DNA of 64,000 nucleotides from an uncultured Myxococcales bacterium (GTDB lineage Bacteria; Myxococcota; UBA727; JABDBI01): NCBI GenBank assembly GCA_964493205.1, contig CAZBMJ010000001.1, positions 73,611 to 137,610 of the forward strand, read 5' to 3'. Shown piece by piece: positions 54,329 to 64,000 of this stretch (position 1 is its first letter; each line of letters starts with the position of its first letter). The notes under the pieces were generated by a model. It saw only the letters and a program-made list of their open reading frames with translations, ran no database searches and was not told where the DNA came from. The position numbers and the translations under genes were made by a program.

Positions 54329-57016
54329 TTGGATAAGAAAATGATTACTGAACTTATTGTTATAGTTTGTCTATTATTGTTACTCATACTAGGATTAGTA
54401 ATGGGTAGAAAAAATTACAAAGAAACCCAAACTTTTGCTGATTTTTTTATAGGGAAAAAGAATTTTTCTACTCTTATTATTCTCTCTGCTCTTTTTGTGG
54501 GTATGGTGAATGGGTCAAGTTTTATCAACATAACGGCCGCAGTTTTTTCTAAGGGGTATGTTTATCTCATTCCTTTTCTAGGAATATTTCTTGGGCATTT
54601 ATGGACAGGCTTGTGGGTTGCCAAAAAGATGGGGCCTTATTTAGAATGCTTATCCCCGGGTGATATTTTACAAAAGATGTATGGTAATAAAGAGATAAAA
54701 ATTATCATGGGTTTTACAGGCTTATTTGAAAGCATTTTCCTTATCAGCGTGCAAATTATGGTTTTAAGTTTTATTTGCCATTATTTTTTTGCTCTTCCTC
54801 ATATTTTTTCAGCTTGCGGAACATTACTATTCACGCTTATTTATTCCTTAAGAGGGGGAATCAAAGCTCTTATTATGAGCAATATTTTACAATTTGCTCT
54901 TTTAATTATTGTTTTACCTGTTATTTGCTGTACTATTTTGGCTTCTTTGGGTAGCTTTGATAGCGTACTTCTTGTTTTTAATAATCATGCGTATAAAAGT
55001 CAGCAGATTTTTGATCCTTATCAAAGCATAGCTGCTTTTCTTTATCATGCCTTGCCCGCAATTTTTCCTTTGGCTTTGCAAAGAATGCTCATGGCTAAAA
55101 ATGTTCATCAAATCAAAAAAACTTTTATAGCAATTGCTTTTATAAATTTTATTTTTTTGGCTTGTATCTTGATTATCGGGTTATATGCTTATGTAAGAAT
55201 ACCCGAAGCAGAACCAAGAACAGCTTTGTTAGGCGTTATTAATGCGATGATGCCAATGGTTAAAGGATTGGTTATTTTTGCTCTTTTAGCTATGTTAGTA
55301 TCTACTATTAATGCTTATTTAAGCATTGCTTCTGTAGCCATTACCCAAGATCTTTTTTTACCTTTATTTAAAAAAACTCTAAAGAACACAGAAAAATTAA
55401 AAATAGCTAAGCTTTTGTTAGTAGGAATAGGTATTTTTGCTACTATTTTAAGTATTACTTGGAATAGCATTCCTCTTACTGTTTATTTTGTAATCTATAT
55501 TAATAGTTCAATAATGTTAGCTATTTATATGTTAGGGTTCCTAGGTTTTAGCCCTTCGAAAAAAGGTCTCCTATATAGTATTGGTGCTGCCATAACTTTT
55601 TTATGTATAGCTTTTTTTATTATAGATATGGAAAAAGTGTATGCAGGTTTTCTTGCTATTGCTATCACAAGCATGGGTATCATAGCTTCTCATTATTTTA
55701 ATAAAACACGTTCTAATAAAAGATATCGAATTCCTTTATTTAATAAAAAATTTAAATTGTTTGATATGTCGATCAAAAGAATAGAATATTGCACTATTTT
55801 TGCTTCTATTGCTATCATCAATGCAGCCTATCCTTTCTTTTTAATGATTCCTTCTTTTAGCTTAGTACAAATGCCTTTTTTCTTGATTTATTCGGTAACT
55901 TCTATTCTTGGTCTATTAATTTGGTTTAAAGAAATTTGGCCCAGCATGTTATTAAAGTATTTTCCTTTTGTCTGGCATATGCTTTTAATGCTTTCTTTGC
56001 CTGGTTTAGCTTTTTTGATGTATTTTCAGAGTAATTTTAATATTATTTGGCTCATAGACGTAGTTATTACTATTGTTTTATTGAGCATTATTACTAAACC
56101 AAATATGACCATTGTAACAAGTGTCAGTGGAGCTATTTTTGGAGTTGTTCTTACCCTATTTATAGGAAGAAATTTTAGCGAATATGTGGTAAATATAGGT
56201 CAAATTTCCTTAATAATGCATCTTATTAGTACTATTGTGTGTTTACTCTTCTTTAAAAAATTAGAAAAAGAGCTTTATCAGTCTGTAAGTAGTAAAATTA
56301 CTCATGAAGCTGCTCGTTCATTATCAGGGATAGGGTTAGCGGCTTTTTTGTTAAAAGAAAGAATGGGAACACTCATATATGGGTATAAACTTGCACGTGG
56401 TGATACCTTGCTTTCTAAACAGCTAGTTCCTGACCTCATATCTGATGAAGAATTAGAAGAATTGCAACAGCTGCCCTTTAACCTTAATGCTATGAGTGAA
56501 AAGACTGGAAATACATTAAATTCTTTACTTCATAAAATAGATAAAGAATTATTAGGTTCAGAAAAGCGGTTTGAAACAGCAGATATTATTTCTCTCACTA
56601 AAGAAGCAGTTCTTTATCCTTCTTTTAGTTTCGAGCAAAGAAAGAAAATAATTATCAATACTTATCATACTTTTTTTCTAACGGTTGTAACCTCAGAAAT
56701 ACTTCATGTACTTGTTAACCTTATTGAAAATGCTTTGAATGCCATTAGCGATAAAGAAGATGGCGTAATAGAAATATGGGCTAGTGAAGGATCCTTGTTT
56801 ATTAAAGATAACGGCAAGGGTATTGATGACCAAATTATGTATCAAATATTTGATGAAGGTTTTAGCACTAAAGGTACTTCTGGCCAGGGCTTAGCTTTTT
56901 GTAAAAAAGTTATGGAAGAACATGCTGGCAGAATACGGTGCACTTCAAAAAAAGGTAGTTATACAAAATTTGAACTCAAATTTGAGGATAGTAAAGAAAC
57001 ATCGTTTTATGATTGA
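54329..57016 (+). CDS. Hybrid sensor histidine kinase with an N-terminal sodium:solute symporter (SSS/SLC5)-like membrane domain of about 600 aa and C-terminal HisKA and HATPase_c domains (CbrA-like architecture). No adjacent response regulator.
   Basis: SSS-like N-terminus. H-box ITHEAARSLSG. N-box LVNLIENALNA. G-boxes DNGKGID and GQGLAF. Confidence 0.6.
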   Translation: MDKKMITELIVIVCLLLLLILGLVMGRKNYKETQTFADFFIGKKNFSTLIILSALFVGMVNGSSFINITAAVFSKGYVYLIPFLGIFLGHLWTGLWVAKKMGPYLECLSPGDILQKMYGNKEIKIIMGFTGLFESIFLISVQIMVLSFICHYFFALPHIFSACGTLLFTLIYSLRGGIKALIMSNILQFALLIIVLPVICCTILASLGSFDSVLLVFNNHAYKSQQIFDPYQSIAAFLYHALPAIFPLALQRMLMAKNVHQIKKTFIAIAFINFIFLACILIIGLYAYVRIPEAEPRTALLGVINAMMPMVKGLVIFALLAMLVSTINAYLSIASVAITQDLFLPLFKKTLKNTEKLKIAKLLLVGIGIFATILSITWNSIPLTVYFVIYINSSIMLAIYMLGFLGFSPSKKGLLYSIGAAITFLCIAFFIIDMEKVYAGFLAIAITSMGIIASHYFNKTRSNKRYRIPLFNKKFKLFDMSIKRIEYCTIFASIAIINAAYPFFLMIPSFSLVQMPFFLIYSVTSILGLLIWFKEIWPSMLLKYFPFVWHMLLMLSLPGLAFLMYFQSNFNIIWLIDVVITIVLLSIITKPNMTIVTSVSGAIFGVVLTLFIGRNFSEYVVNIGQISLIMHLISTIVCLLFFKKLEKELYQSVSSKITHEAARSLSGIGLAAFLLKERMGTLIYGYKLARGDTLLSKQLVPDLISDEELEELQQLPFNLNAMSEKTGNTLNSLLHKIDKELLGSEKRFETADIISLTKEAVLYPSFSFEQRKKIIINTYHTFFLTVVTSEILHVLVNLIENALNAISDKEDGVIEIWASEGSLFIKDNGKGIDDQIMYQIFDEGFSTKGTSGQGLAFCKKVMEEHAGRIRCTSKKGSYTKFELKFEDSKETSFYD

Positions 57017-57174
57017 GATGGCTTTTAATTTAATATAGTATAAGGAAATTGTTTCATTTTATTATACTATATTTTAATTATTATTTTTTTGATTTTTAAA
57101 AATAACTTTTTACCTTATTGTAAAATTTTTTTAATTATTTATAATAAAGGTAAAAACTTAACAAAGGTAACTAT

Positions 57175-57342
57175 ATGAATAAAGTAACTATTAAATTAGT
57201 ATTTCTAAGCAGTGTATTTATTATATGTTTAACTTCACTGTTTACTTTTATTGCTTGTAATTCTAACACATCAAGTAATGATGCAAACTTTGATCTACAG
57301 CCAGGAATAATAACTAAACCTGATGGAGGATATGGGCCGTAA
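57175..57342 (+). CDS. Possible 55-aa small lipoprotein (lipobox FIAC)
   Basis: Signal peptide plus lipobox. Short, with no other support. Confidence 0.25.
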   Translation: MNKVTIKLVFLSSVFIICLTSLFTFIACNSNTSSNDANFDLQPGIITKPDGGYGP

Positions 57343-57445
57343 TCAACTGAAAAAAAGTATAAAAGAAAAAAGCAGATGCCAACAGGCTATGCTTCAAACT
57401 TTTAGATTTTTGCTAGTCAATCGCCTAAATATTAATCAAAATTTC

Positions 57446-58879
57446 TTAGGCCAATAACTCACCACTTAGAGATAATTGGCGAGCTTGAGTGATTTTTACT
57501 GTTACAATTTTGCCAATAAGTTCTTTGGGGCCGTTAAAGTGAATAATATGATCGCCTTCGCTTCTGGCAGTAAGAGTTATCAGATTTTTTTTATTTCTTA
57601 AGCTAACTAGGCCATCTGGGGCCTTATCTATTTTAGCTAAGCTATCACATAATACTTTAAATTCTTTGCCAATCATATTTTCGTTCATACGCAAAGAAAT
57701 TTCATTTTGGACTTCTAACATTTGATTATTTCTTAACTTTTTAACATCCCATGGTATGTTGTCTGGTAAATTTTTATTAGCTATTGTGTTTGGTCTTGGT
57801 GAATACTTGAAAACAAACACATTTTTGTATTGAACTTTTCTGAGTAAATCTAAAGATTGATTAAAGTCATCTTCGCTTTCATTAGGAAAGCCTACGATCA
57901 TATCACCAATAATATTAATATTAGGCATTCTGCTTTTAGCGCGCTCAATAAAAGATAAATAGGTTTCTATGTCATAGCCTCTATTCATTTCTTTTAGAAC
58001 TTTATTGCTTCCTGATTGAGCTGGTACATGCAAATATTTACAAATTCTTTCGCAATCTCTCATTACATCTAGGGCTTCATCACTAAAATCTTTGGGATAA
58101 CTGGTCAAAAACCTTAAGCGAGGCAAGTGTTTAACTTCTTCATGAACTCTAAATAATAAGTCGGCAAACGAATATCTTTTATTGTTTTCTTCAAAAAAAT
58201 AATGATTAATGGTTTGCCCAAGCAATGTTACTTCCATGGCCCCATTATCAACTAATTTTTTAACTTCATCTATTATACTTTGCAAAGGCCTATGCATTTC
58301 TGGACCGCGAGTTCTAGGAACCACACAAAAAGAACAAAATTTATTACAACCTCTGGTTATTCTCACATATGCTTGAAAGTTATTTTTTTCTGTATTGAGC
58401 GGTCTAAGCCTATCTAATGCTTCAAGGCTATCCAAAGGTGACATTAAAGCTGTTTCACTTTTACCCTTGCGATTCACAAAATAAGAAAGACTTTTTTGAG
58501 GTTGTATAAGCGTATCGCTATAAAAAGCTTTTTCAACTAATTCTTTGGTTTCGTGAATCTTGCTTGGGCCAATCATTACGTCTATAACAGATTTATTCTT
58601 TAGCAAATCATCATGTGCTCGCTCAGCCATGCAACCAAGTACGCCAACAACAATTTTTTCACCCTTAGATTTGCGATCTTTTAGTATGCCAAGTCTACTT
58701 AAAACCTTATGTTCGCTTAAGTTTCTTACTGAGCAAGTATTAAGTAAAACTACATTGGCTTCTTTAGGATCACTTACCAAATTGTGACCAGCTTGTAATA
58801 GCTGGCCTTCGATTAGTTCAGAATCAAGAATATTCATTTGGCAGCCAAAGGTTTCTAAGAAAACCTTCATTGGAGTCAT
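57446..58879 (-). CDS. miaB: tRNA-2-methylthio-N6-dimethylallyladenosine synthase (radical SAM methylthiotransferase)
   Basis: N-terminal FLETFGCQMN. Radical SAM CNKFCSFCVVP. C-terminal TRAM domain. Confidence 0.8.
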   Translation of the reverse strand: MTPMKVFLETFGCQMNILDSELIEGQLLQAGHNLVSDPKEANVVLLNTCSVRNLSEHKVLSRLGILKDRKSKGEKIVVGVLGCMAERAHDDLLKNKSVIDVMIGPSKIHETKELVEKAFYSDTLIQPQKSLSYFVNRKGKSETALMSPLDSLEALDRLRPLNTEKNNFQAYVRITRGCNKFCSFCVVPRTRGPEMHRPLQSIIDEVKKLVDNGAMEVTLLGQTINHYFFEENNKRYSFADLLFRVHEEVKHLPRLRFLTSYPKDFSDEALDVMRDCERICKYLHVPAQSGSNKVLKEMNRGYDIETYLSFIERAKSRMPNINIIGDMIVGFPNESEDDFNQSLDLLRKVQYKNVFVFKYSPRPNTIANKNLPDNIPWDVKKLRNNQMLEVQNEISLRMNENMIGKEFKVLCDSLAKIDKAPDGLVSLRNKKNLITLTARSEGDHIIHFNGPKELIGKIVTVKITQARQLSLSGELLA

Positions 58880-58880
58880 T

Positions 58881-60197
58881 TTAATTACCTTTATTTAATA
58901 ATGATTTATCAACTACAGAAATTTGAGATTTTTCTTCAATTAATTTTAGTAAATTATCTACTTTTGCACTGAATTCTGCATCTTTTAAATTAATTTTGCT
59001 GTTATTTTTTACTAACTTACCCAAGGCTTCTTTATCAAAATCAATAGCTAGCTTCTCTATGAGATTTTCATAAATTAGCTCTGATTTGGTTTGAAATAAA
59101 GCTCTTTCTTGCGCCAAAGGCCAAATTTCATGCCAATTATCTTTTAACACTGATTCAATTTGATTTTTTGACAGCTTTTTGCTGCTTTCGTGATTAATCA
59201 TTTCGTTAACAATGGACATGGCCACAGTTTCTAAAAGAGCAGGGGGAACATTAAAGGGATTTGCGTTGATTAAAGCATTAGTAATGGCATACTTTTTTTG
59301 CAAGAAATCATTTTGTTTTTTATTCATACTAAGCTTAGTTCGTATGGTGTCTTTTAGTTGTTCCAACGTAGTAAATTTATCTGATAAATCCTTAGCAAAT
59401 TCGTCGTCTATATTAGGCAATACCCTTTCTTTTAAGGATTTTATAGTAAAGAACATCTTAGCCATTTTCTTTTCTTCATGCTCATGATTGCAAGATTCAG
59501 TGTGCTCATGATGATGATTACTAGGAAACTCATAATCCATAATTACTTCATCACCAATAGTTTTGCCTAATAAAGCAGCTTTCATATGAGCTGGTAAATC
59601 TTTATTATAAAGCGCTATGCTGTAATCAGGATTATTAAATTCATCATTGAATTCACCATCTATTTGCATGGTTAGTGCACCGCCAACTAAATCAGAGTCG
59701 CAAACTTCAGTACGGTCTTTAGGTAGCATGAAAGTTGCATAATTTTCTCTTAACATACTTATTTCATGGTCTATATCGCTTTCATCAAAGGTAAAATTAG
59801 TGGTTTCTATAGAAAGATTTTCATAATTTTTAATATCTAATTTAGGCTTTACTTGAAAAGTTGCTTTATAGGTAAAAGCTTGTGTTTCAGAAAATTCACC
59901 TACAGGCTCAAATCTTGGCTTAGAAACAGGAATTAAATTGCCTTCTTTGCAGGCAGGGGACAATGTTTTATCTACTAAACTTTCAATAACTTCTAAGCTA
60001 ATTTTTTGTTTATAAAGGTTTTTAACCATATCTATTGGTAATTTTCCTGGTCTAAAGCCTGGTTTAGAAGCTGATTGCTGAACTTTTTTTAATAATAGTC
60101 CAAATTCTTTGCTTACTATATCTGCTGGAACAGTAATAGTTAACTCTCGTTCATGTTCAGATTTTTCACTAATGCTAAAATTTTCTAATGCATTCAT
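58881..60197 (-). CDS. tig: Trigger factor
   Basis: Trigger-factor architecture. Start moved to the Met at 60197 because the track ORF's first 39 codons are the antisense translation of tRNA-Leu. Confidence 0.8.
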   Translation of the reverse strand: MNALENFSISEKSEHERELTITVPADIVSKEFGLLLKKVQQSASKPGFRPGKLPIDMVKNLYKQKISLEVIESLVDKTLSPACKEGNLIPVSKPRFEPVGEFSETQAFTYKATFQVKPKLDIKNYENLSIETTNFTFDESDIDHEISMLRENYATFMLPKDRTEVCDSDLVGGALTMQIDGEFNDEFNNPDYSIALYNKDLPAHMKAALLGKTIGDEVIMDYEFPSNHHHEHTESCNHEHEEKKMAKMFFTIKSLKERVLPNIDDEFAKDLSDKFTTLEQLKDTIRTKLSMNKKQNDFLQKKYAITNALINANPFNVPPALLETVAMSIVNEMINHESSKKLSKNQIESVLKDNWHEIWPLAQERALFQTKSELIYENLIEKLAIDFDKEALGKLVKNNSKINLKDAEFSAKVDNLLKLIEEKSQISVVDKSLLNKGN

Positions 60198-60235
60198 TTT
60201 TTTTCCATAAAAAACAGTATGTTGGCTAAATAAAG

Positions 60236-60320
60236 TGGTGCGAGCGGAGGGAATCGAACCCCCACGAGTCGCCTCGCTGGAACCTAAACCCAGTGCGTCT
60301 ACCAGTTCCGCCACGCTCGC
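60236..60320 (-). tRNA. tRNA-Leu (anticodon UAG), CCA encoded
   Basis: Reverse complement reads GCGAGCGTGGCGGAACTGGTAGACGCACTGGGTTTAGGTTCCAGCGAGGCGACTCGTGGGGGTTCGATTCCCTCCGCTCGCACCA. Long variable arm and anticodon loop GUUUAGG. Confidence 0.85.
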
Positions 60321-60394
60321 TTTTAACTTGATAAAACTCGAAATAACAAATTATAAATAACTTGACTAGTGGTTAGGTAATAAAATATTAATTT

Positions 60395-61489
60395 TTATTT
60401 GTCACAACCAAAAATACTGCGATATTTTTTTATTTCTTCATTATATTTTTCTGCTGATTCAAACCTAGTTTTAAAATCGGGAGAAAAAGTATCAAATTTC
60501 TCATGGTTTATCGGTGTGATTAAACTGCAAAATCTTTCTTTATAGACTTTAAAGAGCTTATTTTTTACCAGATCTTCATATGGCATGTTTGAATTTTCTC
60601 TGTTTAATATAAAATATATATTATTTGTATTGGATAGTTTTACATATAATAATCTAATAAATGATTGTTGAAAGTAGTTAATATCTGTCGATAATCGGTA
60701 AATATGATTAATAATTTTTTGATAATTTTTTTCCGTGTTAATTGCCCAATTAAGTGGATCCAAAAAGATAAATTCTAATTTATTATTAGCTTTATTTATA
60801 AGCAATGCTGCCGCGTGTTCAAGCGCGTCCAAAGAATTTAGTCCTAAAGCGATTGAAATCAAAAAATTATCATTTTTAATCATTTCATATAGTTTTTTAT
60901 TATTATAAATATTCACAGCTGCTGCAGAAAAAACATCTTCTTCAGATAAGCTAGAACCTTCAATATTTGGCAGTAATTTTAAAGCTTTTTGTATATTTAG
61001 AATTGTTGGGTCAATAAAATTTAACTTTATTATATCTTCTAAATATTCTTTGCTTTTGCTAGGTAAGTACTTAGAAAAATCAGCATTTTCCTCAAGGTAT
61101 CTTTTAACATTTGGAAATTGACGATATTTTCCATTCATTAATTCGCAATAAGATTTGCTTGCCATTTCGTCTAATAATTTCCCATCCATCATGCGCTTAT
61201 ACTCATCTAGAAAATTTTTATCGTCTCCTTTAAGCATGGACATGAGAAATAATAGATTGCGTGTTTGATGTAATGAACATTCTCTTTGATCTTGTTGAGG
61301 TACCTTAATTTGGTAGATGTCTCTTGCGGCATCTTTCCATAAAATAATATCTTTATGTCTTTCATGCCATGGCGATAAATCTGTACTAGTATTAATTTGA
61401 GTAGTTGAGTTATCTGGTGGGTTTTTAATTATATTGGTATTATAAGCACACAATATACTCAAAAATATAAATGCTATTTTAATCTTCAC
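60395..61489 (-). CDS. Hypothetical secreted protein
   Basis: Signal peptide MKIKIAFIFLSILCA. No motif recognised. Confidence 0.45.
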   Translation of the reverse strand: MKIKIAFIFLSILCAYNTNIIKNPPDNSTTQINTSTDLSPWHERHKDIILWKDAARDIYQIKVPQQDQRECSLHQTRNLLFLMSMLKGDDKNFLDEYKRMMDGKLLDEMASKSYCELMNGKYRQFPNVKRYLEENADFSKYLPSKSKEYLEDIIKLNFIDPTILNIQKALKLLPNIEGSSLSEEDVFSAAAVNIYNNKKLYEMIKNDNFLISIALGLNSLDALEHAAALLINKANNKLEFIFLDPLNWAINTEKNYQKIINHIYRLSTDINYFQQSFIRLLYVKLSNTNNIYFILNRENSNMPYEDLVKNKLFKVYKERFCSLITPINHEKFDTFSPDFKTRFESAEKYNEEIKKYRSIFGCDK

Positions 61490-61580
61490 TTCTAACGCCT
61501 TTTTAGGATATTTTTTATAAATTGTAAATAAGTAGAATATGAATATATTATTATAATATAATTTTATTGTCTAGTAACTA

Positions 61581-63830
61581 TTGGTGGGATTAATGATAAG
61601 CCTAGAGATGGATTTTTTAGAGTCTATTAGTAAAGAAGCTGAAATAAAGTTTAAAAAAAGCCATTCAGTTTTAAGTTTTAATGAATATTTAACATTACTT
61701 ATAAAAAATCCTTCTTTGCACTTAAGAAATTCTGCCCAATATTTTGTTCATATGGTGGAGTATTATGGAGCTTACGAAAAAGCTGATCATATAACAAAAT
61801 ATGAACGCTATAAACTTTTTGATGCAGAGTTTAATAAGGGTTGTGGTAAAATATTTGGGCAAGAGCAAGTTCAAGAAGCTATTATTAATAACGTTAAAAA
61901 TTTTGTAAGTTCTGGTAAAATTGATAAATTAATCTTACTTCACGGGCCAAACGGTTCGGCTAAAACAAGTATTATTCAAGCATTAGTAAATGCCATGGAG
62001 GATTATTCCAAAAGCGATGAAGGTGCTATTTATAATTTTTCTTGGGTTTTTCCTAAAAAAGAAGTAGTAGGCAGCCAATTTGGTTTTGCTAAAACTGAAA
62101 TACAAGAACTCGCTTCTTATGCTCATTTACCTAGTGAAGCCCTTAATACTAAACTTGTATGCGAAGAAAAAGACCATCCATTGTTTTTATTATCCCTAGA
62201 AGAGCGAGATGAATTATTTAAACAAATTAAAATTATTAAAATTCCAGAAATTTTAAAAAAAGGGCAATTATCTTATAAAAATAAACAAATTTTTGATGCC
62301 TTGCTTTTAGGCTATAACGGCGATCTTAAGCAGGTATTTAAACATGTTAGAATAGAAAGATTCTATTTTTCTAAACGCTATCGAAGCGGATTATCTATAG
62401 TAGAGCCACAAATGAGTGTTGATGCCAGTGTTAGGCAGATAACTGCAGATCAGTCCCTCTTAGCCTTGCCAAGTATTCTCAATAATGTTTCTTTATATGA
62501 AGCAGTAGGACCGTTAGTTGATGCTAACCGTGGCATGATCGAATACAGTGATTTATTAAAGCGGCCCATAGACGCTTGGAAATATTTGTTAATCGCCTGT
62601 GAACAAGCCCAAGTAAGTATTGGATGGCTAAATTTATTTTTTGATACGTTATTATTTGCCACTTCCAATGAATTGCATTTGGTGAGTTTTAAGGAATATC
62701 CAGATTGGCAATCATTTAAGGGCCGCATCGAACTTATCAGAGTACCGTATTTGCTTAATGCTTGTGATGAAGCGGGTATTTACTACAACCATTTGCATAA
62801 TTCTATTAGTAAGCATATTGCCCCTCATGCCATTGAACTTGCTGCTCGTTGGGCAGTACTAACCAGGCTTGAGCCACCTGATGAACAAAAATACCCAAGT
62901 AGTTTACAGGAAATTATTAAAACTTTAACTCCAGAAGAAAAATTAGATTTGTATACTTATGCTCAAACTCCTGCAAGGATCACACAATCTCAAAGCCGTG
63001 AACTTAAAAAAGCTATTAATTTGGTTTGGTCAGAATATAAAAATCATCTTAATTACGAGGGGCGCTTTGGTGCATCGCCTAGAGAAATTTTATATATTTT
63101 GTATAATGCCTCACAAGATAAACGTTATGAACATTTATCAGTGCTTGCGGTATTTGAGCAAATTGAAATTCTTATACAACAAAAATCGTCCTATGAATTT
63201 TTAAGACGAGAAGCCTATAGAACTTATCGGGACGCGTCATCTTTATTAAATAATGTAAAAAAATACTATAGTTTGATTTTGGAAGATGAAGTAAGAAATG
63301 CTTTGGGACTTTATAGTAAAGAATCCTATGTAGATTTATTTACACGCTATGTTTTGCATGTGTCTGCGTGGGTTAAAAAAGAAAGATTAATGGACCCAAT
63401 AGTTGGCAAGCCCATACATGCTGATGAAAACTTTATGCAGAAAATAGAAGTAAATCTTTTGGCACCTCAAGAATCTTTTTTAGATTTTCGTAATCAAATT
63501 ATTACTAGTATAGCAGCTTCCAATTGGGAAAATCCTGAGGTAAGACTAGACTATAATAGTTTATTTAGTGGACATTTAAGAAAACTCAAAGAAAAAGTAT
63601 ATCAAGAACAGTATAATGTTGTTCATAAAATTATACATAACTTTTTATTATTACTTAAAAATGATTATAGTAGTTTAAACGAAAAAGAGCTTAATCAAGC
63701 CAAAAGCTTACAAACGGGTTTAATCGCCCTTGGTTATAATGAATCAAGCTCTAAGGAGGCCATGGTTTTTTTAGCATTTGAAGCCGATAAATTATCAAAA
63801 GTACAACAGCAAGAATCTTTAGGCTTATAA
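61581..63830 (+). CDS. prkA: PrkA-family serine protein kinase (AAA-type P-loop)
   Basis: LLHGPNGSAKTS Walker A. Length of about 750 aa and overall pattern match PrkA/YeaG. Confidence 0.75.
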   Translation: MVGLMISLEMDFLESISKEAEIKFKKSHSVLSFNEYLTLLIKNPSLHLRNSAQYFVHMVEYYGAYEKADHITKYERYKLFDAEFNKGCGKIFGQEQVQEAIINNVKNFVSSGKIDKLILLHGPNGSAKTSIIQALVNAMEDYSKSDEGAIYNFSWVFPKKEVVGSQFGFAKTEIQELASYAHLPSEALNTKLVCEEKDHPLFLLSLEERDELFKQIKIIKIPEILKKGQLSYKNKQIFDALLLGYNGDLKQVFKHVRIERFYFSKRYRSGLSIVEPQMSVDASVRQITADQSLLALPSILNNVSLYEAVGPLVDANRGMIEYSDLLKRPIDAWKYLLIACEQAQVSIGWLNLFFDTLLFATSNELHLVSFKEYPDWQSFKGRIELIRVPYLLNACDEAGIYYNHLHNSISKHIAPHAIELAARWAVLTRLEPPDEQKYPSSLQEIIKTLTPEEKLDLYTYAQTPARITQSQSRELKKAINLVWSEYKNHLNYEGRFGASPREILYILYNASQDKRYEHLSVLAVFEQIEILIQQKSSYEFLRREAYRTYRDASSLLNNVKKYYSLILEDEVRNALGLYSKESYVDLFTRYVLHVSAWVKKERLMDPIVGKPIHADENFMQKIEVNLLAPQESFLDFRNQIITSIAASNWENPEVRLDYNSLFSGHLRKLKEKVYQEQYNVVHKIIHNFLLLLKNDYSSLNEKELNQAKSLQTGLIALGYNESSSKEAMVFLAFEADKLSKVQQQESLGL

Positions 63831-63839
63831 AGGGGCTTT

Positions 63840-64000
63840 ATGATAGAAAACAAAAATCCAATTAATAATATTAATATTGATTCATTTAAACCATTAATTA
63901 CTCCAGAAGAAATTAGAAATATTTTGCCTCTTGATAATAAATCTTTAGAAACCATTGAACAATCGAGAATTTTGGTTTCAAAAATACTCCAAAAGCAAGA
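63840..64000 (+). CDS. 3-deoxy-7-phosphoheptulonate (DAHP) synthase class I-like, 3' truncated by the window end
   Basis: N-terminal KPLITPEEIRNILPLDNKSLETIEQSRILVSKILQK resembles the AroG/AroF N-terminus (LPP...TE.AA.TV...R..I..IL). Confidence 0.4.
   Translation, partial: MIENKNPINNINIDSFKPLITPEEIRNILPLDNKSLETIEQSRILVSKILQKQ

Overview
This is an AT-rich (about 30% GC) bacterial chromosomal window that is almost entirely coding. It appears Gram-negative: there are many lipobox lipoproteins, an outer-membrane beta-barrel protein, ComEA and ComEC. Housekeeping genes recognisable from motifs are pepA, an aromatic amino-acid permease, enoyl-CoA hydratase, type II glutamine synthetase, ruvC, yebC, a glutamate-cysteine ligase, surE, mazG-like, birA, agmatine deiminase, aconitase, apaH, rhomboid, rplU-rpmA, polA, rlmI-like, miaB, tig, prkA and an aroG-like fragment. 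Two tRNAs are present on the minus strand: Pro-GGG and Leu-UAG.

Accessory content is interleaved with these. (1) A segmentally duplicated eukaryotic-like protein kinase locus, where one copy carries a DUF4160/DUF2442 insertion and a decayed pepA fragment. (2) A compact, translationally coupled operon that looks like a RiPP-type peptide-modification system: a strong ribosome-binding site, a 32-aa acidic peptide, an attenuator hairpin, an HExxH protein, an E1/ThiF-like enzyme, a YcaO protein, an MFS exporter and a 2OG-oxygenase-like protein. This is the best candidate for an undescribed system. (3) A 1381-aa low-complexity secreted repeat protein. (4) A lipoprotein with Myxococcus-type Cys-rich repeats, and a 942-aa lipoprotein combining MopE-like and disintegrin-like Cys modules with FG-GAP repeats. 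(5) FHA and TPR proteins, a hybrid of a sodium:solute symporter and a histidine kinase, and a SulP transporter fused to beta-carbonic anhydrase. (6) A decayed region next to tRNA-Pro containing gene fragments.

No CRISPR array, transposase or integrase was recognised. All functional calls come from motif recognition by eye; no database search was possible.
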